Source: Basidiobolus meristosporus CBS 931.73 (taxonomy: Eukaryota > Fungi > Basidiobolomycota). Taken from it: DNA of 64,000 nucleotides. The position numbers and the translations under genes are program-made. The notes below the pieces were generated by a model. The model had not been told where the DNA came from, did not search any database, and worked only from the letters and a program-made list of their open reading frames with translations. Shown piece after piece: positions 50,729 to 62,328 of the stretch (its first letter is position 1; the number at the start of each line of letters is the position of its first letter). The stretch is taken from positions 1 to 64,000 of the forward strand of contig MCFE01000250.1 in assembly GCA_002104905.1 (NCBI GenBank). The letters are read 5' to 3'.

Positions 50729-53706
50729 ATGACCATCTCCAACTCGAATGGCTCCTCCTTTTATGGTGCTAGAAGCGCTAGGAGAGCTACCGTGAAAGAA
50801 TGTAAGAAGTATTCATTTACTCTCGACTGATCCATCAGTACTGACCACATCACACCAGTCAGTAAATCAGAAATAGCCAACCGAATTCAGAATAGCAACC
50901 TCGTTCGTCTAGTGGACGCATATCGCTCATTTGGCCACAAATGCGCCAGCATCGATCCACTGAATATGTGGCATCAGAGGTATGCTCACCATCCATGTGT
51001 GATGAACCCCAGTAGCTAACATCATGAACTTGCAGCCACGACGCGTCCTTGGACCCATCAACCTATGGACTAGATGACCCTCAAGCCGAATACCAACTTG
51101 AAGGTAAGATCAGCCACTACTGATCACTGACTGCAATACTCACCAGTGCATTAGGAATTGTGAGTATGAAGGGTCTGTCAAAAGCAACGCTTGCTCAGAT
51201 CATCAAGCATCTCGAGAATGTTTACTGTGGCCACATGGCATTTGAGTTTATGCACATCACCGTAAGTCCTCTTGCTATGTGATGATTCAGCTTGACACCC
51301 ACTAATGCTGACGTGCAGGATGACTCTTTGCGCAGGTGGTTTGCTAGCCAAGCCGAGACATGTATCGACACCAACTTCTCCAAGGAGGAAAAGTACAAGT
51401 TTCTTGAGTTGATGGCCAGGTCGGAGACCTTCGATCATTACATGATGCGTGAGTGTGGCCATCAGAAACAGTTCAGCCTGGAAGGCTCTGAGAGTGCGCT
51501 TGTTGCGCTCCAACAGGTCCTGGAGCACTCCAGTAAGGCAGGAGTGCTGGAGGTGGTGATGTGCCTGACTCACCGTTGTCGTATGCAGATCATGATGGAA
51601 CTACTGGGGGTTCCCAAGGACTCGCTGTTCCGTAAGTTCCAAGGGCTCTCCGAGTTTCCCGACGAAATCCCTTCCCACATCATTGGCGACCTGGTGTATA
51701 ACGCACAGGCCTCCGTAGACCTAAACCTTGGCGGCAAGCACCCACTGCATGTATCCGTAGTCCCCAATCCCTGTCATCTGGAACTCGTGAATCCAGTTGC
51801 CCTTGGCAAAGTCAGAGCCAAGCAGGAGGATTATTTGTCACTGGAGACGGATGACTACAAGGTAGAGGACATGGTGATGAGTGTTCAAATGCACGGCGAT
51901 GGGGGCTTCACTGGCCAAGGGGTAGTCACCGAGACATTTGGCTTGACCAATCTCCCTCACTTCACCACCGGAGGCACCGTCCACATTGTGCTCAACAACC
52001 AAGTCAGTGTCACCACCGACTCGGCCAACGGGCGCTCTACCACCTATTCCTCTGACATTGGCAAGATGGTGGAAATACCGGCCATTCATGTGAATGGTGA
52101 TCATCCAGAAATGGCCGCCATTGCCGCCCGAATCGCCGTCAACTACCGCAAAACCTTTGGGAAGGACATCATCATCGACATGATCACGTATCGTCGCCAC
52201 GGCCACCACGAGGCAGAGGACCCCTTCTGCGCACAGCCGCTGATGTACAAGGAGATCAAGGCTCATGACAGTGTCATCGACTTGTACACGCAGCACTTGG
52301 TCAGCGAGAAGGCCATTGATTCAGTCGATGTCAAGAACAACATCAAGGCAAGCCACGATGTTCATATCGCGAGCTGCTACCGAAATGCACCAAAATACCA
52401 GGTGCAGCCATCTCATTTGCTAGGAAAATGGCGATCGATGGTCATCCCACTGGAGAGCACTTGCAAAATGGACACCGGAGTGGACCCAAGCATTCTGCGT
52501 AGCATCGGGATCCGGGCAGTCACCGTTGCAAAGGACATCGTGCTGAACGAGAAAATGCAAAAGCTGAACATCGACACAAGAATGGAGCAGATGAAAGAAG
52601 GAAAGAAGATCGGGTATGCCTCAGCGGAGGCCATGGCGATCGGATCTCTCCTACTTGAGGGTCACCATGCTCGCATTTGTGGCCAGGATGTGGCCCGCGG
52701 CGTATTCATACCCAGACACGCCATGATAAACTGCCAGCAAACCAACACCAAGTACACCCCCCTGAACAACCTATCCTCGACCCAAGGGAAGCTTGAACTG
52801 GTGGATAGCCCGCTTGGTGAGCTAGCAGTGATGAGCTACGAGTATGGCATGTCCTTGGAGACTCCAAACCGGCTGAACATGTGGGAAGCTCAGCTCGGCG
52901 ACTTCTTCAACTCAGCACAGGAGGTGATTGACAGCTTCATCTCTGGAGGGGAAGAGAAATGGCTGCGCCAGTCGGGCCTAGTACTGGTGCTTCCTCATGG
53001 GTACGAAGGTGCAGGCCCTGAGCACACCTCATGCCGTATCGAGCGCTTTCTCCAGCTGTCCAGCGATCGGTTCAATGTGACCGATCCAAATGTCAGCAAT
53101 AATGTCAACTGGCATGTGGTGAATTGCTCGACTCCTGCCCAATACTTCCATGTGCTACGCCGCCAGATGAAGCGAAACTATCGCAAGCCGCTGATTGTTG
53201 TTGGCCCTAAAAGGCTCACGCGCATTCTCAAGGCAGTCTCGGATCTGGATGACTTCGCACCGGGAACCTCATTCCAGCCGGTGATTTCTGATATGGAAGC
53301 CAACAGGCTATCAGTTCGACGAGTGATCTTCGTCTCTGGTAAGCTGTACTATGAGCTGCTAGAGGAACGGGCCAAGAAAGAAATGGTGGATCAAGTGGCG
53401 CTAATCAGGGTGGAGGAATACTCCCCGTTCCCCAAGGAAGACTTGGAAGCGGAGATATCCAAGTATCCATCAGCATCTGAATTTGTGTGGTGCCAAGAGG
53501 AGACACAAAACGGCGGAGCGTGGTACTTCATGGAATCGAGGCTCAATCAGCTACTACCCAGCCAACACAAGCTCAAATACGTTGGGAGATCCACTTGTGC
53601 TGCCCCAGCCAACGGCATTTACGTGAAGCACCTTACCGAGCAGAAGCAGATCTATGAAGAGGCATTAACCCTCTCATCAGCACAACATAGTCTCTTACCT
53701 CACTAA
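50729..53706 (+). CDS. DHTKD1: Divergent DHTKD1-type E1, copy B; same exon structure
   Basis: Offset +6669 from copy A; 30 coding differences counted in 2757 nt; all splice sites intact. Confidence 0.93.
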
Positions 53707-54711
53707 GCCTGATTAGTGATTGCATACGTTAGTATACATACATGCATTTATTTATTGATTGATTTATCAGATCAGGATATGCAGTGGAGTATTATCATGG
53801 TTAGAAACAGAATATTCATAATGTAAAAATCCACGTACAATACAAGTAAAAAGTAGCATCCAACCCGAGAAAAGACGAGTATAGTATGTATACGAAAGTG
53901 ACAGTGCTGACGCATTGGTAATGATTACTCAAAAACTTGGTGATTTTTTAAACGCCTGTGACTGGTGATAATAACAGTCAGGTTCAAATAGGACAATGAT
54001 AGGAATATTAGCACTCAGCAATACAGTACCAAAATATAACATTTCTACTTATAAGTCCGCAGCACAGACATAACGCAAGGAAGCCAAACAAACTCAGCAC
54101 TCAGCCAATATACAACCAACTTGAGTGAGCGTTATTATACAGAGGCCTCGGCTAAATTTTCTAGTGTATAATGCGTAATCCTGGCAATCATTAATTAAGG
54201 CTTTATTGTGGTTTTTCGTTCCAAAGCGGATTCCGCCACGTTAATATCGTGCAAAATTAGTTCAGTCCACTGGTTGCCAGCATATTCTACCACTTCCAAC
54301 GCCTCAATGATGTACAGTCATGTTTGAGAATGTGCAATACCGATCCAATCCCCTGATGCTATCTGCTACTATTTTGATCAAAGAGCCAATCTGTACTGTT
54401 CGTCGGCATTAGTGGCCACGTTTTTACCATTAACCCGCTCCGCTACTTGACGTGTTATACCAGGCCTGCCAACGAGTACCATCAATACCCATTATGCAAT
54501 AGCCGAGAGTGGTTTTTGTATCCGACCAACCAATTTGCCTTGTTTTTTCGAAATTTCTTTGTCCCCATTCAACGTGAGTGATCTGAATGATACCATTTAT
54601 ATCCATTGACCTTCTCCCATACTATTTGTAATGTTAGCCAAGCGAAGATTACTTCCCGAACACTCGACTTATAAAAGGGCACTCCCCCCCCCTCATCCCT
54701 TTAGGACAAAC

Positions 54712-55298
54712 ATGGATACGAATACAACTGATCATTTCGACGCACTCTCCCCCGAACTGACCATATGGCAATCTTCAGCTATTTGCTAGACCACGATCTA
54801 TGCAGGTGCTCTGTGGTCTCGCGGAAATGGAGGACAATCAGCAACAACGAATCCCTATGGCGTAGCCTTTGCAAGGAATCCTGGGAAGGGAAGAAAGGGT
54901 GGTCAGGCCTTGCCAATCTATCGGTCGACCAAGTCGCCTCTGCTCTCGTCACCAAAAACGCTTTGTCTGCCGCCAAACTGCCACTCAATGACCACGTGAG
55001 CTGGAAGCTCTGGCTTCAACTCTCACACAAGGATAGTCAGAGGACTTGTATAACTGTGGATGAAATGTGTGGTGATTGGATTCTTCACATCGGGATCAAT
55101 CAGAAATGTGACCCAATTCCCACACGATTCGAATCCGACTTCTCATTTTCATCCGAGAACACCGGTGTGTTGAAATGGGAAATGGTGGGCAATGCAATCA
55201 AGCTGCCAGACTTCCCTCCTCTGCAGGTAGCAAGAACCGCCGATTGGGGCTGGAGGCTTTATTGTCCATATTTCGCATTTTATAAAGCAGAGGCATAG
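54712..55298 (+). pseudogene. F-box protein copy B with a 2-bp insertion (pseudogene or N-truncated 177-aa product)
   Basis: CCATGG in copy A is CCATATGG here. Reading from ATG 54712 stops after 25 codons; ATG 54765 gives a product lacking the LSPEL half of the F-box. Confidence 0.8.
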
Positions 55299-56750
55299 AG
55301 TTTTCTGCACATATGTGTTACCTTTATAGAGACTGTATATAGTAAAGCATTTGAGTCAATGAGACAACCTACAGTTTTTTTATAGAAATTAGGATCAGAA
55401 TACACTGTGGAAAGGCATGTTGAGCTATTTTACAAATAAACAACTAAGCGCCAAGCAAGTGTGTTCAATGATCGCATACTTTGTGGCCTGCTTGAAAATT
55501 TATCTCGGCTGGTAATTTGTTTTATGATTTGTTAAATCTCCCTGGTTTGAGGATCTGAACATTGAATTGATGCAAGCCTTGAAAATATCGAATACACCCA
55601 TCACTCTGTATGTTTCTTTTCACAACCTACCACAAAATATGTTGTGTATTATTTCTACCCCAAGCAGAACTCTCGGATAGACACCATCAGAATACCATAT
55701 GAAATTCTGCAGAAATTGTAAATTCCTCAAAGATGAGGATTATGGACTGTATTCAAGCATAACACCACATGCCAAGTATGAAGCCAAGCTATGAGCAATA
55801 CAAAAGTTATGAGTGTATTTGGGGTGGAAGACCATCGTAAGACCGTATTGAAAAGGAATGAATGCGGTCCAGAAATCCAGCTTTGAAATTTCCGATGGGC
55901 TACTGGGCGAGTTCACGCTACCTTTTATGCAATAAATCAACAAGGGAAAAATATAGTTCCTCCTAGTTTTCATCAAACCACTACCTAACTTCCAAAAATA
56001 CTCCTTCAGATCAAGATTTTAAACTTGGAATTCACAGTCCTGAAGTCAGGCAACTGATTGCATTGAACTTCTCTTCACAATCTTTGGATTACTGGTTACA
56101 AATTTTCATAGGAGCATTGTAGTAGCAAACATTGAGCCAACTTAGAATTGAACCAGGGGTCATCTGATCTCTAAGCAAACAGTACCAGCTACCGTGCCCT
56201 CTGTGCCTATACAACCTGGAAAACTCTCCCAGACTTGGAATTCAGCGTTGGGATTATACATTCCTTTTGGCAATCATTCTTCCAATCCCCGCACCCAAAC
56301 ATTTACAGATGCACTTCGCATTGACCCACGGTTACCCAATCACTTGAAAGATAGAAGATGACCCACTTTCAGCAATTCACCCAAATTTGGATGGTATTCT
56401 GAAGCCATCTGGCGAATAGTAGCGATCGAACGGCACTGAGTGTCAATCACCCTACACATCATGCAGGTACATTGACGAGCTTATGGAACATAGAGAAAGT
56501 GATTTCGTTGAAAGTGCACCGAAATTCTGCAAAAGGTGGACCTGACTGGCATTGAAGACCGTGACTATCCAAGTGGTTGGAAGGGAAATCAGGATAGATG
56601 CCTAATTGGGCTCGATTCATCTACTCGGATCTTTCATGGTTGACCGAGTATGACTGCACAAGGGATGTGGATATATTTCACGTGTGATTTGGCTAATACA
56701 TGTTGTCGGACCAGGTCAAGTTGTCCTGGGCGTACGACGAATTATCAGGA

Positions 56751-58424
56751 TTACAAATACGCAGCTTGAGGATGGCTCTGTTGAATCTGGGACCTGAGGA
56801 TGCGTCTAAGGATTTTACCATGGGTGTTCCGAGGGATATGATCCACAAAAATCACCCCCGCCCGAAGCCTCTTGAAGTCAGTCACTCTGTCCGCCACCTG
56901 GTCCACGATCTGCTCCGCAAGCCCCTCCGAAGCAAGGTGAGGATCGCTCAACACCACGCACCCACAAGGCAAATCGGTCTGCTCCCTCTCAGAGGAGAAA
57001 CCGATCACCGCCGCCTCGGATACCGCTGGATGAAGGAGAAGATGCCCCTCAAGCTCGGCCGGAATCACCACGTTGTTTTTGTACTTGATCACCTCCTTGA
57101 TGCGGTCGACGATGTGCAACGAGTTGCTCTCGTCTACGTAGCCAATATCTCCCGAATGAAAGAACCCAGAGGAGTCAAAGGCGTCCTGAGCCCCGACGGG
57201 GCTTTTGAAGTAGCCTTTCATCATGCTTGGCCCCCGCGCGCAGATCTCACCCCTCTGACCAGAGCCCAAGGCTTGGCCATCCTCGTCCACGATTTTGATC
57301 TCGTAGTTAGGCATCAGGTATCCGGTGGATTCCTCGGCAGCCGCCGAGGGAGTGGTGAAAACTATCCCCCCGCAGCATTCGGTCATGCCGTACAGGGACC
57401 CGATGACCATGTTGTACTTCTCTTGCACCAAGTCACACACCTTACGTGACAATGGACTACCGAAGTAGAAGCCCCGCTTCATGCAGCTGAGGTCATACTT
57501 GGCCACCAATGGGCTTTTCGAGAGTAGACTGATGACGTACGGGGCGACGGTGATGTTCGCAATCCGGTATTTCTCCACCGCCTCCAGGAAAAGTTCGAAG
57601 GAGTACCTTTGCGGCAAAAGAATGAAGAGGCTACCTCCCAGGAGAGTGGAAAGCACCATGGAAAACCCTGAGATGTAGCACATGGGAGAGGTGTTCAAGG
57701 CCGTCCCCCTGAGAGTGTCGCTGTATTTTCTGGCCATCGCACCGAATTGTGTCAAGTGAGCGACGATATTTCGGTGGGTCAACAGGATGCCCTTGGGTGT
57801 AGCAGTGGTCCCGGATGAGTACATCAACAGGGCGGGACTATCCGCGTACTCCTCGGGGTCCAAGGTCCAATCAAGCACCCCGGAGCTGTACGCCAGCGCA
57901 GTCCAGACGTAGTCCGGGGAATCCTCGCTGTCCAACACGAAAATCCGTGTGTCCTGGAGATTGGCCAGCCTGGCCGCCTCCTTGACCGTTTCGAATACTG
58001 CCACGCTGGAAATGATGATCCCAGGCATGGAATCAGAGAGTTGGGAAGCCATCTCCTGTGCTTTGTATTCCGCGTTAACTGGCATACATGTCCCACCTAG
58101 AGAAGGCCGTTAGAATGCAGAAGAGACAACGGCAGAAGTTCTTCCAAACATACCGGTTGCAATAGTACCAAATACCACTGAACTGTAATCCAGGTGGTTG
58201 TCGGACACCAGAGCCAGGAGACACCCCTTTCCAAAGCCATGACCTTCCCTCAGACCCTTGGCGATTCGCTTTGAGCCATCCTTCACTTGGGCCAAGCATC
58301 TAGTCTCTTGTGTGAGATGGTCCAAGAATATGGGAGCGGTCTCATCATAGCGGCCAGAAGTGGCGAATGTGTAAAGATCAAGGTTCGGGATATCCACACG
58401 CGGGTATGGTGAAGAGAAAATCAT
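56751..58424 (-). CDS. 4-coumarate-CoA-ligase/luciferase-like acyl-CoA synthetase (ANL family), 2 exons, 538 aa
   Basis: Exon 58424-58154, 57-nt intron, exon 58096-56751; motifs YSSGTTATPKG, YGMTE, GDIG, IVDRIKEVIKYK, GKILRR. Confidence 0.93.
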
Positions 58425-60143
58425 CTAGGGGTGGGCAACAGGCATAGTCAAACACCAATATATACCCCGCCCAGGGTTACAAAGGCCAACTCCAGTAGCA
58501 CAACCAACCTCGACACCATTGGCTTCTTTACCTGCAAACTTAACACTGTGTCTCCAACGAAGGAGTTGCAACTTTGGTCACCCATCAAAGAGAAACCTAG
58601 CCAAACAAATCACCAATCAACCTGGCGCATATACCATGCTTATGCACGGAATGACGATCCGCGCACTTTTTTGTCAGTGGTGGAGAGAACGATCAACATC
58701 ATAGAACTGGTATCGTGGGATGTAAATTGGGACAAATCCTTGGGATCATATACGGCAGCCTTAACCAACCTATCGGGTTCGCATCTGATGGTCAAAACGT
58801 GGACCATCAGGTGAAGTCACGTGCCGATACTCGCACCTTCTCAACAGAGTTGAACTTGGTGTGCCTAGATCGAACGTAGGCCAGCTACTGGATGAACCGA
58901 TGGATGCGGAAATTTCTACACCACATCAGGCAAGATGGCGAGTGTATGAGAGTATTGGCTGTCCTTCGTTGAAATCCCCTTCTATCAGAGGGAAGAGCAT
59001 GAGAAACACTGGTGTCACCCGTATTGGTAGCCCATTCCTTCCACAGAATGCATGGACCAACCATTGGGATTCCGGTTAGCGCGAGTTTAGAGTCGAGTGC
59101 TCGTACAACGCAACATCCAATCAGTGGTCGTGCCTGCTCGTCAGCAATGGCTTGGATTCATCAAGAGAAAAAAAGCCATTCCAAAGCATCGGTGATTCGT
59201 ATTCCATCGATAGACGAGAATTCGAGCAGGGTTCTGGATGCGGCAGAGGGAATCTTGGGAGGCATGTGGGCGGATTCTGTTGAGTGGCCAGAGATAGCAA
59301 GTCATATCACTATCTACATCTCACCGACACGGTGCGGAACGAGACATAAAGGGAATCATAAACACAAATCCATCGTTCATTTAGCCGAGCTCCATGGCGG
59401 AAAATTAAGGTAATAAGCTCATCTAATCAAGCGAGGGGTTGAGTAGATATGCTCTTTTCATCCATGGAGGCTGCAACAGAGTGACTAGTGATCTCTGACC
59501 TCCTCTGCTGAATCGAATTGGGGAATCGAACATGCCACAGTCGTTGGGGACGATGGTGACAAATGAAAAGAAGCCCATTTAGCAATCGGTATTCTATGAA
59601 TGTTTCACGGAAATCATAGGAGGGATCGATCGCAGCATCCGGATTCTGCTTGATTGATATCAGGGAATTCCTACAAATATGATCGGATGAGGCTTGAGTG
59701 ATCCCCACGAAAGGGAAAAATCAACAATGAGCATGCTGCCACACCGAGACGACGTGGCTTTCTGAATCACCGGTCCTGGCCACCATTGGTGCGATTCTTA
59801 TCCAACCAAGCGCCACGGTGAGGTCGAGGAAAATTCGATGAAGGGCCAAGATATGTTAATATCAAGATCAATCATATTCCAAGATGCTCACTGAAACCAA
59901 GCGAATCCTCCGGTGTGGATGGACCATTTCCAGCCGAACCTGCCATGGATTTTCCCATCACAAATTGTGTCGCAATGGCCTGCGATATGTTATGTTTTAG
60001 GTTGCAAACTCTCAGCAAGCCACATCATTGGATTGGTTTGTGACCGATTTATCCGCCAGCAATGGGTATAAAGTTCCAGCACTTGTCACACATCCTGACA
60101 ATTTCCCAACCTCAGCTGTCTTCTCCAAATCAAATCAATGGCT

Positions 60144-60464
60144 CTACAACGCAAGGAATCCATTCTGTCCCCCACCTACCAATCGTCGGTACAAAAGCTG
60201 GAGTTGGATCGACCTGTCCCTGAGATCGTCCTCAAGAGACGAAACGCAATTGTGGAGTCTTTGTTTCATCCTGCAAAGACTTACCAGACTCCTATCGTCA
60301 GCTCTCGTTAAGCCACCTCGCTGCTTCTGTAGATAAACCAGCCCAGCCATGACTGCCCCCAAGCCAGCCTTGTAGAAATCTTTGTCCTTTATTGGCGTAC
60401 AAATCATCCTTAGAATGTAGCCCTGTCGAGCGTGACCTCCATTAGAAATTGCGATATAGAGCAT
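60144..60464 (-). CDS. Possible small uncharacterised ORF (106 aa)
   Basis: ATG-started, protein-like composition with a hydrophobic stretch (AGLGAVMAGLVYL); no family recognised. Confidence 0.3.
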   Translation of the reverse strand: MLYIAISNGGHARQGYILRMICTPIKDKDFYKAGLGAVMAGLVYLQKQRGGLTRADDRSLVSLCRMKQRLHNCVSSLEDDLRDRSIQLQLLYRRLVGGGQNGFLAL

Positions 60465-60583
60465 CCAAGTTTATTGTAGATACCACTCCACTCTCGTAGC
60501 AGACTGACGAGTCCGAAAATTTCAACATTGAATAAAAAACCACTTGATGCCTAATTGATGTACTGCAACACCGATGGTCTGGT

Positions 60584-61698
60584 CTATTCAATGGTCTCGA
60601 TTTCAGTGGTGCCTTTCATGGTTATATGACCGTTCTGGTTGATTGCCCAGAGTTCGTACGATCCACTGGAGATAGATTTCTTGCCACAGATCTGGAATGG
60701 CTCTTGAACATACATCGGGAGTAAGGCTCTATATGAGAATGACTTGATACGCTGGTTAGAGGGAAGGTTGGCAGCCAATAGCTCCAGCAGCAGCGTGGTT
60801 GTAAGTGGGCCTTGTACCAAGCAAGCTGCATATAAATCGAGATCAGCAAACAATACTAGGGGCGCCTAATTTTGGTATCAAAAGGTACCTGGGTACTTCT
60901 CGACTTGGGTGGTGTAGCTATGATCGTAATGAATAAGATGCGGATTATATGTTAATGCTGAGTATCTGAACAACATGAGTGAGGTTGGGTGAATGGTCAT
61001 GGAAAAATCTGGAGTTTTGCGAGCTGTACGAGAATAAATCAGTACTCAAAGACATCTACTCAGGCTACGCTTCAACTACCAACCTTTCACTCCTCGTATT
61101 TCCTTGGTGCTGTGCTCAGGAATCCTCATATAGGCTAAACACCTAGTGTCTCTGACTGAGAACCCAGAGTCGTTGGTTATGTTTTTTTCCAAGGTAACTA
61201 ATACAGTCTCTCCCTGACTCCCAGTAAGTACGCTGATATCCTGGCATTTGGTCACCATGGTGACCTTTGCCCAACTGTTATGGGGTTGGAATTGTCAAAC
61301 TGTAAGATGCCAGAAGCCCACATTCGGCGTTCAAAAGGCTTCGGCGGGCGGTAGCAAGCTTCATAGCCATCAGTAGACAATTCTTCATCCCGATATCTAG
61401 GTGGGAAAAAAGCCAAATGCCAGTTTGGAGGTAATGGAGAGCCGACTTCAGGTAATTCAGCCGATTTTCTGTTTAGAACGAGAGCCATCAATTGGCAAAC
61501 AGATGCAGTAACAACATCGTTCTCTACGTTTACTTGAGAAAGTGAGGCGTCTTTCCATTTGTAAAAATCACTAGACTGAGTTGCCTCCTGACTCGAGTGT
61601 CTACTAGAGACCCTTTGAACTAAGGAGTATCCTGCGTTAAAAAGTCGGGCTGACCTTGCTTTGCTGGAGAACGGAGTCTTTCGTAATAGCTGATACAT
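60584..61698 (-). CDS. HTD2: Mitochondrial hydroxyacyl-thioester dehydratase type 2, with an apparent 1-nt frameshift near 61267
   Basis: PLPPNWHLAFF, DGY, RRMWASG, LFRYSALTYNPHLIHYD, VQGPL motifs; two later GT-AG introns; Arg-rich N-terminus from ATG 61698. Confidence 0.88.
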
Positions 61699-61870
61699 GG
61701 AAATGACCAAGTGATATCGATCATCCTACATGTGCTTGTAAATTTCCAAAACCGTTCATTTCTCGAAATGTGATTTGGGTGGCACCATCTGGAATCCGGT
61801 GAATCTTATAAATCAATCAATCTTTCAATGTTATCGTCCTTACAGTGAACAAACATTGTTGGAATACACC

Positions 61871-62104
61871 ATGAGCTCGGAGCCGACTGCCAACGCTAAG
61901 CTTGATAACAATACCAAGGTGGAAGAACAAGTGGAGGAGGAAGAGGAAGAGGAAGACGAGTATGAGCTGAGAATAAAGCGAACTGGCTGCTATGAAGAGA
62001 ATGAGGCCCTTCAACTCTGCTTCTACGACACCAAGGACTGGAGAAAATGCAAAGACGAAATGGAGAAATTCAGAGAGTGCTGGAAGAAGCATCAACAGCA
62101 ATAA
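61871..62104 (+). CDS. COA4: Cytochrome c oxidase assembly factor 4 (twin CX9C), 77 aa
   Basis: RIKRTGCYEENEALQLCFYDTKDWRKCKDEMEKFRECW; true start ATG 61871. Confidence 0.92.
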   Translation: MSSEPTANAKLDNNTKVEEQVEEEEEEEDEYELRIKRTGCYEENEALQLCFYDTKDWRKCKDEMEKFRECWKKHQQQ

Positions 62105-62328
62105 AGAGCAATTCTTGTGGTGGCCTTACTTATCTCTATCTTTTCCGGACCAGAAAAATGCCTTGATAGTGCATAGCCATACTGTACTGCCATTTATCTC
62201 TACTACGTCAATGAATAATTGGAGTTTGATAAATTTGCTCCCAGTACGAGGATAAATGCACGTGATTTGAATCCATTCAAAACATCAAGTGTAATTGTAT
62301 TTCACTGTATATCGAGTTATCTACAACC

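Noticed and set aside
44509-52634. Antisense ORFs inside the E1 genes (e.g. 45169-45627, 51838-52296)
   Set aside because: Shadows of GC-rich codon usage on the sense gene; no recognisable domains
56100-56420. Minus-strand FPGCIGTEGT resembling the PIF/Harbinger FPGCIG..DGT motif
   Set aside because: A single short motif; the flanks do not convincingly follow the family and no TIR/TSD was found. A TBLASTN/HMM search would decide
58431-59708. Several 60-130 aa ORFs upstream of the 4CL-like gene
   Set aside because: Overlapping in different frames and strands, no recognisable motifs or consistent splice model; treated as intergenic or an unresolvable relic
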